Assembly (NCBI GenBank): GCA_965221775.1
Contig: CBDCSU010000006.1
Coordinates: forward strand, 608,001 to 672,000
Source of the DNA: Candidatus Latescibacterota bacterium
GTDB lineage: Bacteria; Latescibacterota; UBA2968; UBA8231
Length of the DNA: 64,000 nt
Direction of reading: 5' to 3'
The notes beneath the pieces are model-generated. The model had not been told where the DNA came from. It worked only from the letters and a program-made list of their open reading frames with translations, and did no database searches. Shown here piece after piece: positions 57,023 through 64,000 of this stretch (position 1 is the stretch's first letter; each line of letters starts with the position of its first letter). Both the position numbers and the translations under genes were made by a program.

Positions 57023-57904
57023 CTATGCGTCGACGAAATCGGTCGATGGATGCGCCTTGATCTCACCCGATTCTAGCCGTTCCACGATCTGCGGGGAGAA
57101 GTCGATCTCAATCCCGATCCATCGTCGCTTCTTGGATTCACAGACGGCGAACGTGGTCCCACTTCCCCCGAAGGGATCTAGTACCGTGTCACCCGGAACC
57201 GTCGATAGCTCGACGACCCTCTCTAGGATCTTGGTAGAGAGAGCATTTGCCCTGCGGTTCTTCGACTTGAACTTCCAGTGCCTGACGGGAGGAATGTCCG
57301 TCCAAACATCCTTCAGTGTCACGCCGTTGGGATTCATGGCAGACCGATGCCCGCCATAGTCTTTGATCTCGCCCCCGCAATGCCGACACGTCTCTATCGG
57401 CGTTCGAATCCTGCGGAAGGTGCTCGGCTTTCCCTTCGAGTAGTAAATCAGGCTATAGTGGGTTGGATGAAGCCGGCCGGGGATTGGCAGGCAGGCACTG
57501 ATAGCTACAGCAATCCAATGTCGAAACTGTAGTCCCTGCCCATGGAGGTAGGTTCCAAGAAGTACATTCCACTTCGGTAAGTTATACAGGAAGAGAGATC
57601 CCCCAGGTTTAAGGACCCTGACGCATTCCTCGATCCACTTCTCGCACCAAGCCAAGTACTCTTCGTCAGGAACCGAATCGTTTGTCTGCTTCCCGTAGTC
57701 CTTGCCGAGGTTAAACGGGGGGTCTGCGAAGACCGTATCCACTGTCTCATCCTTGATGAAGGGCAAGACCTCCAAGCAATCGCCCGAGAAGAGACAACCA
57801 AGATCGGATACGTAGAAGGGGGCCGAAGCCCCCTTTCTCCGGTGGTGGAGGTAGCCACGCCAAGGGAATCCTGATCTGTGGAACTGGAGGGTATTCTGTG
57901 TCAT
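57023..57904 (-). CDS. Amino-DNA methyltransferase (beta class), convergent with R
   Basis: FADPPFN, DVWTDI, LDPFGGSGTT. Confidence 0.92.
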   Translation of the reverse strand: MTQNTLQFHRSGFPWRGYLHHRRKGASAPFYVSDLGCLFSGDCLEVLPFIKDETVDTVFADPPFNLGKDYGKQTNDSVPDEEYLAWCEKWIEECVRVLKPGGSLFLYNLPKWNVLLGTYLHGQGLQFRHWIAVAISACLPIPGRLHPTHYSLIYYSKGKPSTFRRIRTPIETCRHCGGEIKDYGGHRSAMNPNGVTLKDVWTDIPPVRHWKFKSKNRRANALSTKILERVVELSTVPGDTVLDPFGGSGTTFAVCESKKRRWIGIEIDFSPQIVERLESGEIKAHPSTDFVDA

Positions 57905-58550
57905 TAGCTCTCCCTATGACAGGGTAAGTAGAACCCATTGTGGGTTTTTCGTCAAGCCGCCTCACAAGGCGGCTAGGGGCACATCAGGTCGGCAGGGATC
58001 AATGTAGGTGCCCAGACGTGCAGGCACAAGGCAAACCGCAGTCTTGTGGACCACGACTGAGGAAGAGCCATGAAGTGACAGGAGCTGTGCCTCACCCCAG
58101 TGTCTCCCCTAATTGATTTACTTTCAACAAGTTATAGCCCTGGCCCAGCGGAGGGGGAGGGGGGCCGGAAGGTTGAGAGACTCCAAGCCTCGTGCCGGGA
58201 GGTGACCCCGGGGAGGCCCAGCATCGTGTATGCATGTGGGCCACGGATGCGGCGCCACGCGCACGCGCGCCGAGTGAGCCCGTGGCGGGAAGGCTCGACC
58301 TCACGCTCGCTCTCCTCCTCAATGTGCCGCAAACTCGCCGACGCAGAAGACGGCCTTCGTTTGCAGGTTTGCAGCGCCCAGCAAGAGCCCCCGAGATGGG
58401 CCGGGGCCTGAGCAGCCGGGTTACCTGAACCGCTCGATCGTCTCCAGTTTCCGCCGCCTCGACCTTGCACCGCACGAGACAGTATGTGGCCTTGTCGCCC
58501 AATCGCCGGTTTACGTTTATTGGGCACGGTCGCAAGCATGATCAGTGAGC

Positions 58551-58612
58551 CCACAGCGTTCATCGACGCAGGACGGTGATTGGTACATCGCTTGCTGCCC
58601 CAAGATCCCGTG
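58551..58612 (+). pseudogene. HicB-like antitoxin micro-remnant
   Basis: TAFI then (frameshift) QDGDWYIACCPKIP. Confidence 0.35.
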
Positions 58613-58935
58613 AGCACAAACAACCCTTGACTCGGACGATCTGGCGGCCCGTGGGAACCGGACGTCGGGAGTGGCCTTGGGTCCAGGTGCCGCGTGGCGG
58701 CCCGAAGGGCAGGAGGTCGTGGAGGAACAGGGGCAGTTCTGTGAGCCCCGGAGCCAGACCCTATGACGGCTGTCGCCGGCCAGCGGTCCTCCCGGCAGGC
58801 CCACCGCCCCCGGGGCCCCGTCGTAAGTCGTTTCGGGTCAGAAGTGCTGCAGAAGGCGAAGGCCACCTCAGCCCCAACTGGGGCTGCCGACACATTGGCG
58901 AGGAACCTCAGATTTGATCACCCGGGAGATCATCA

Positions 58936-60135
58936 GTGAATACTGAACAGAGAGCCAACGCAATGAGTGACGGCCTAGATGATGATGACGCCATTCAACG
59001 CCTTCAGGTAAGGAAGTGGGAGACCCTAAGCTCGGTCAATAAGGAGAGCTTCAAATCCCTGCTGGGCGACCCAGAGGCGGCCCGGAAATTCGATGAAGCC
59101 TACATTACATCTGTAGCGGAGAGATGGCGAGAGCTGACGAAGTTCTCTCATAGACTGTTCTTTGTAATCCTCCCCTCAGTCCTGATCATTGCTGCCCTCA
59201 ATTCTGACTTCATCAAGGACGAAATTGTATTCCTCGGATTGAAGATTACCAGAAGTAACGGTGCAATAGAAGTCCTCCTTCTGCTCGCCTCTCTACTCGT
59301 TGTGGTTCGATCCGTGACTATGCTGATGGAGGACCACTATGGTTCAATCGTCCGGTCATATGTTGAGATCAATTCAGATCCCCAGAGCCAAGACTACTGT
59401 CTGCTTAAGTTCGGCTGGACTGTGGATGCTTACTTTCACGGGATGGCCAACCAGAAGAAACACTTGACCGCCCCATTCGTTGTTCTTTTTCCCGTGTTTG
59501 GGATGGCTCTTAGCCTCATAGTGATCGGAGCGATTGCTACTGCTCTGGAATTCTTCATTCTCCTTGATGCGGCAATCTCTGTTTTCCGCGATCCTATTTT
59601 TCCGCCGATTGTCAGTGTGCCCATAGCCATAGTAGCTTTCTTTGCCCTCGTTTGCCGTGCCTCCCTTTTGCTCTTGGCCTTGCCTCTTCCTTACTCTGAC
59701 TCTTCCAACCTGTACAAACTGAAGGATCTTGAGGAAAGTGATCCCGCTAGAGCCGAGAGAGTCAAGAGGCATCTGGCTGACACAAGTTCAAGGAATGAGC
59801 GCCGCAACATGCAGATTCTTCAGATGGTTGCCATGCTTGGTACAATGGTTCTATCCTATTTGGTAGCCGTTGGGACTGGATTCTATGCGGAATTGCCAAT
59901 TCTCATTGATTTTGCTCTCGCGTCTGGTAGCTTTCTGCTCGTTGTCTCGCCACTCTTTGGACGGCTGGAGAAGAAGGCCACCTACGCAGCTATCGAAGTG
60001 GAGGACTCAGACTTACGCCTTTCTCGTTACATCAGGGTCAAGAAGTGGGCGCTATGGCTGCGTCTTATCTTCTCAGCCCTATTCGGAGCAGTGTCCTTTC
60101 TGTGGCTACACCTTGAACCCCTGGCGAATCTCTGA
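58936..60135 (+). CDS. Multi-pass membrane hypothetical protein
   Basis: 399-aa low-GC ORF with about 7 hydrophobic segments. Confidence 0.7.
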   Translation: MNTEQRANAMSDGLDDDDAIQRLQVRKWETLSSVNKESFKSLLGDPEAARKFDEAYITSVAERWRELTKFSHRLFFVILPSVLIIAALNSDFIKDEIVFLGLKITRSNGAIEVLLLLASLLVVVRSVTMLMEDHYGSIVRSYVEINSDPQSQDYCLLKFGWTVDAYFHGMANQKKHLTAPFVVLFPVFGMALSLIVIGAIATALEFFILLDAAISVFRDPIFPPIVSVPIAIVAFFALVCRASLLLLALPLPYSDSSNLYKLKDLEESDPARAERVKRHLADTSSRNERRNMQILQMVAMLGTMVLSYLVAVGTGFYAELPILIDFALASGSFLLVVSPLFGRLEKKATYAAIEVEDSDLRLSRYIRVKKWALWLRLIFSALFGAVSFLWLHLEPLANL

Positions 60136-60722
60136 CTCTCCCTTCCCACAAGGAGGGCTTACCCCTATGACAGAGTGATTAGAGTCGGCGCAACTCTTCG
60201 TCTGCGGGTAACCGGACAGGAGCCTCCTCGTATCACTATCCGTAGTAGTGCAGGCACCAAATGCCAAAGTCCCCGTGAGTGTCGAGGATGCTTCTGAGGC
60301 ACACCGGGCTCCTCGGAAGGAGAAGGCGCTGTACAAGTTGGGGCGCTTCTGAGGCCTACAACTGCCGTAGCGGCTCCTGCGAATGGACGGCGGAATAGAA
60401 AGAGGGTTTTGGGCAAGCTTAAGTAGTCTCGCAAGACTCGAAGGACCTTACCACATAACCCGGAAGGAGATTTTCTGATGGCGGCAGGCCAAGATACTAC
60501 TTGGGCGCTTGTTCGTATGGGTGAGGATGATGATGGGCCCTACTTCACCGTCATAGAAGTCAGGATAGATGCTCCGAAGGTACTCCAGGAGTGTACAGGT
60601 GAACGCCTTGGGAAGGATGATCCCAGGGTAAAGGAGATCTTTAACGCCTTGTGGATGAGTTAATCTGTAAAGGCCTTCAACAGCTTTTCCCAAACAGAGG
60701 GGACGGTATCCCCCTACGGGTG

Positions 60723-61040
60723 CAGGAGGGCGAAGTCCTCCAGGGTGTCGGCCTTCACCTGCTCGGAGGCGACCAGCACCCCGGCGGCGATGGCCAGGTC
60801 GAAGGCCGAGCCCTCCTTGCGCAGGTCCGCCGGCGCCAGGTCCACCGTGACCCGCCGCCGCGGCCACTGGAACCCGGCGTTGCGCACCGCCGCCATGAGC
60901 CGCTCGCGGCTCTCGCGCACGGCCGAGTCCGGCAGCCCCACGAGGGTGAAGGAGGGCAGCTTGCGGTCGGTGTCGACCTCGACGTGGACGAGGCGGGCGT
61001 CGACGCCGACGGTGGCGGCGGAGAGGACGGTGGCGGTCAC
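60723..61040 (-). pseudogene. comM: comM/YifB 5' fragment
   Basis: VEVD...[35 protein letters not shown]; ends at DFALL. Confidence 0.92.
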
Positions 61041-61053
61041 GGGGGCGGAGGAC

Positions 61054-61069
61054 TGCAAGCCCCGTGCCC
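61054..61069 (-). promoter_or_regulatory. Sigma54-like promoter upstream of comM
   Basis: GGGCAC-GGGGC-TTGCA, 13 nt before the GTG start. Confidence 0.55.
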
Positions 61070-61112
61070 GGGGCGATCCGGGGAGAGATCCGGCGCGGCC
61101 CCGCGGCGGGTA

Positions 61113-61244
61113 TGTGCTCTGGGCTACAGATGCGGCGTGGGGCTGTGTGCCTCAGGCTACAGGCGGCACCCGCGCACACGCCGGCGGGTGTGTGCTTCAG
61201 GCCGCAGGAGCGCGGCGCGGGAGCCAGGTTGCCACGGGCCGCAG
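61113..61244. repeat. Four degenerate 16-17 nt direct repeats (two are TGT-N10-ACA)
   Basis: tgtgctctgggctacag (61113), tgtgcctcaggctacag (61146), tgtgcttcaggccgcag (61191), gttgccacgggccgcag (61228). Confidence 0.6.
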
Positions 61245-61281
61245 ATGCAGGGCCCGGGCGCACGGGGCCGCGCCCGAGAAC

Positions 61282-62181
61282 TCAGCTCCGGCTGACGAAC
61301 CAGCGGACGGGGCAGCGGTAGCGGCGGTCCTCGAAGCCGAGGGTGTAGGGATCGCAGCGGCGGTAGACGACGACGCCGTCGGTGCGCAGCACCAGCCACC
61401 CCGAGTCCCAGTTGCCGCTGCGGTAGACCATGGGGACCGCCGGGGCGACGCGGATCACGGGGTGGGAGCCGGCGATGAACAGGCCTCCCTCGGTGTAGTG
61501 GTATCCCGACCCCGTCTGCACGAACAGCTCGTGGGCGAGCCCGTCCGAGGGCAGGTCGGCGCACAACCCCGCGACGCCGACCTTGACGGCGCAGCCGGCG
61601 GCGAAGGCCTGGCCGAGGGCTGCCAGCGACCCGGAGCGCACCGCCCCGTCGGCGTCGTGGGCGAGCACCTCCCTCCAGCGGTCGTTCACGCAGTAGCGGA
61701 AGGAGTCGAAGTCGTACACGAAGTTGTGGCTCGGGGCGTTGGTGCCGCCGTCCCAGAAATCGGCGGCGTGATACTTCGGCATCTCCGGCCCCTCGGGGGA
61801 GGAGGGACCCGGCGCCGCGGCGGCCGGCCCGTCGAGATGGAGCCGCGCGATCGCCTGCGTGCCGTCCTGGTTGTAGAGGAAGTAGGACATGGACGGCCGC
61901 GGCCCGAAGCCTTCGGGCAGGTCCACCGGCTGGCGCAGGCTCATGATGCCGGCGCACCAGCGGTCGTCCACGAGATGGGTGACGGCGAACTCGGCGGCCT
62001 CGCGCACGAGGTCGGAGCAGTCCGAGTCGACGTCGATGTGCTCGTCGTGGCGGAACTCGGTGAGGATGCGCAGGTCGGCGCCGGCCCTCACCGCGTCGGC
62101 GAGCTGGTTCGGGCTGCCGCCGGTGATCCGGCGTTCGGAGTCGAGAGTGAGGGCTTCGTGCCAGTTGGTCATGGGGCTCAC
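61282..62181 (-). CDS. Conserved hypothetical protein
   Basis: 299-aa ORF with host-like codon usage; internal duplication of the GS...L..A...G..(L/V) motif. Confidence 0.65.
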   Translation of the reverse strand: MSPMTNWHEALTLDSERRITGGSPNQLADAVRAGADLRILTEFRHDEHIDVDSDCSDLVREAAEFAVTHLVDDRWCAGIMSLRQPVDLPEGFGPRPSMSYFLYNQDGTQAIARLHLDGPAAAAPGPSSPEGPEMPKYHAADFWDGGTNAPSHNFVYDFDSFRYCVNDRWREVLAHDADGAVRSGSLAALGQAFAAGCAVKVGVAGLCADLPSDGLAHELFVQTGSGYHYTEGGLFIAGSHPVIRVAPAVPMVYRSGNWDSGWLVLRTDGVVVYRRCDPYTLGFEDRRYRCPVRWFVSRS

Positions 62182-63431
62182 AGTCGAAGATAGCCGACGT
62201 TGTGGATTCCGTCCTTCCCGCCCCTGCCCTCCGGGCCGCCTTTCCCCCGGTCGGAGGCGGCCCTGGCCTTCAGCTGCCCCTCGTCCAGGCCCAGGCGGGC
62301 CTGCACGGCGCCGATCTGCTCCGGTGTGCAGACGATCCGGCCGAGGTTGTGGACCTTGTGCAGCCGGTCGGCCAGGACCTGGGGGTCGATGTCGGCGGCG
62401 ATCCGCAGATCACCGCGCACCAGCAGCGTCGCCTTGCCGTCCAGCCACTCGAAGCGGGACGGGAGCAGCTCGGCCTTGTCCTCGATGTGCCACAGCTCCC
62501 CTTCGTAGAACACGGCCCTGGTCTGCAGCAGGTCGCAGCGGGCGGCCAGCGATCCCTCGAGGTGGGCCGGGGCGATGAGCACCCGTCTGGCCTGAAGCGC
62601 CTCCAGCGCATCCTCCAGGGGGGCGGCCTCGACCTCCGAATCGAACTCCACCAGCCCGGTGCAGTAGAGCCGGGGTCCCGGCAGCGATCCCAAGGCCGCC
62701 TGGTCCAAGCGCAGCCGACCGTCCACGGGCTCGAAGCCGGCGGGGACGGTGGAGGTCTTCGGCGAGGGACTGCGGTCGTGCAGGCGCGAGCGCAGCGCCG
62801 CCAGGCTCTCCTCGCGGCAGTGGAGCCGGCCGCCGATGTAGAGGGACGCCACCTTGCGCCGCAGCAGCTCGTCGTCCAGCACCTCGGGAGCGCTGACGTC
62901 ATCGATGGCGACGACGTGGGAGCCGTCCTCCAATGCCTCGAGGAAGGGATCGTCCAGGGTGACCTCCTCCGCGAAGAAGCGGCCCCCTTCCACCCAGGGA
63001 TAGGCGCTCAGCTGACCCGTGACCTCGCGCGCCTTGGACCGCAGGACGCCGGCCAGATGGTCCGGGCAGCTGACCTCGCCGACGACGGTCAGGCTGTGCA
63101 GCCTCTCTTCCAGCGCCTCGCGGGGGACATGCGGGTCCAGGAGGAGCGCGCCGACAACCACCATGTGGAGAGGCTCCTCACCCTCCATGGAGGTCCGGCC
63201 CCACGTCTCGGTACCCGTCAGCACGGATGCGCCGATGGGTACCTGCACGGTGGAGCCGATATTCCCCGCGTTCAGCCTGGAGATCCACCCGGCCGTCGCC
63301 GACGAGTGGAGGATCATCCCCACGTTGCCGATGGTGCCGATCCCGTCGAGGGCCTCTTCCGTCGCCTCGCGAATGTCGAGGATGCCGACGTTGCCGAGGG
63401 CCTTGCCCGCCGGGGGCTGTTCGGAACTCAT
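62178..63431 (-). CDS. Hypothetical protein co-transcribed with the ECF sigma factor
   Basis: AAGGAG RBS; repeated (G/H)NVG/NIG/NLG motifs. Confidence 0.7.
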   Translation of the reverse strand: MSSEQPPAGKALGNVGILDIREATEEALDGIGTIGNVGMILHSSATAGWISRLNAGNIGSTVQVPIGASVLTGTETWGRTSMEGEEPLHMVVVGALLLDPHVPREALEERLHSLTVVGEVSCPDHLAGVLRSKAREVTGQLSAYPWVEGGRFFAEEVTLDDPFLEALEDGSHVVAIDDVSAPEVLDDELLRRKVASLYIGGRLHCREESLAALRSRLHDRSPSPKTSTVPAGFEPVDGRLRLDQAALGSLPGPRLYCTGLVEFDSEVEAAPLEDALEALQARRVLIAPAHLEGSLAARCDLLQTRAVFYEGELWHIEDKAELLPSRFEWLDGKATLLVRGDLRIAADIDPQVLADRLHKVHNLGRIVCTPEQIGAVQARLGLDEGQLKARAASDRGKGGPEGRGGKDGIHNVGYLRL

Positions 63432-63459
63432 GGTCTCTTCTCCTTGGTCTCGTCCCGCC

Positions 63460-63930
63460 TCAGAGGAAGCGGTGCTTGTGGGCCCGCATGCGGCGGACCG
63501 CCCGGTGCAGACGCCAGCGGACGGTGCCGGGAGGCAGGTCCAGCTCGGCCGCGATCTCGACGCTGGAGAGGCCCTGCCGGTAGCGCATCTCCAGCAGCTC
63601 GCGGTCCTCGGCCGGCGCCAGATCGAAGGGATCGAAGCCGTCGTCCTCCTCGGGCTCGACCGCCGCGGGGACCTCGCGCCCGTAGACCTCCAGGAGGGCG
63701 GCCTGCCGCTGCCGCTCCGCCCGCCGGTCGAGGAACAGCCGCTTCAGGGTCCGCCGCAGCCAGGCGAGCCGCTGGTGCCGGTTCAGCTGCGCCAGCAGCA
63801 GCCGGTGGCCCAGGGCGCGGACGAAGGTCTCCTGCACCAGGTCCTCGGCGGCGCCGGTGTCCCGCGTCAGGCGCAACGCCTGCCGCTGCAGGCTCTCCTC
63901 GTGCTCCTCGTAGAGGCCGTCGATCGTCAT
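63460..63930 (-). CDS. ECF RNA polymerase sigma factor
   Basis: AEDLVQETF, AWL, GLSS.EIA..L.LP.GTVRWRLHRA. Confidence 0.9.
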   Translation of the reverse strand: MTIDGLYEEHEESLQRQALRLTRDTGAAEDLVQETFVRALGHRLLLAQLNRHQRLAWLRRTLKRLFLDRRAERQRQAALLEVYGREVPAAVEPEEDDGFDPFDLAPAEDRELLEMRYRQGLSSVEIAAELDLPPGTVRWRLHRAVRRMRAHKHRFL

Positions 63931-64000
63931 CCGGGGCGTCTGCTCTCACACCCTTTATGACGGACCACCAGGGCCTGGCGTTGGGATCTTGTCGGACAAG

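Larger units (their letters stand above)
52779..60722. mobile_element. ~7.9-kb lower-GC defence island inside comM
   Basis: comM halves flank it in the same orientation; GC is lower; cargo is R-M and defence-like. No integrase seen. Confidence 0.8.

Noticed and set aside
58091-58165. Possible tRNA-Ser 3'-end/att remnant (minus strand ccctccccctccgct) next to an AT-rich stretch
   Set aside because: The match is too short and low-complexity, with no cloverleaf and no second copy in the window.
60478-60663. 61-aa ORF at the island edge
   Set aside because: Too short and without a recognisable motif; possibly a gene remnant.
1-64000. Avoidance of CAGCTG/GGATCC as evidence of R-M activity
   Set aside because: Both sites occur in the window (e.g. 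GGATCC at 3951, CAGCTG near 9698), and depletion cannot be quantified by eye.

Overview
This is a high-GC bacterial window. Its gene content (several PhyH dioxygenases, Gfo/Idh/MocA oxidoreductases, enolase-superfamily dehydratases, TonB receptors, many TA modules) resembles Latescibacterota/Gemmatimonadota-like metagenomic lineages, which is an inference only. The backbone includes a nurA-herA-sbcD DNA repair operon, metal-uptake TonB receptors, carbohydrate catabolism genes, aspS and an ECF sigma factor. Two lower-GC defence islands interrupt it. Island 1 (~5.6-11.5 kb) carries an RHH/Zn-finger gene, a ubiquitin-like protein, an E2-like/ThiF E1 and DUF6527, then a type II Thoeris-like TIR + TM-macro pair and a complete PvuII-like C-R-M system with C-boxes. 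Island 2 (~52.8-60.7 kb) splits and partly deletes comM and carries a BamHI-family R-M system, a PD-(D/E)xK-like gene and a truncated TPR-cold-shock gene. The strongest unannotated signals are: (a) an Asn-rich leader peptide with a complete attenuator and sigma70 promoter upstream of a probably non-discriminating aspS; (b) a ~295-nt structured putative ncRNA with an 8-unit CAG-anchored microrepeat directly downstream of a DIP1984-family gene; (c) the glycine-less Ubl/E1/DUF6527 operon abutting Thoeris; (d) a RAPP-ended uORF before the TonB receptors; (e) a sigma54 promoter with TGT-N10-ACA repeats upstream of comM. No CRISPR array, rRNA or tRNA was recognised. Family names come from motif recognition, not database searches.
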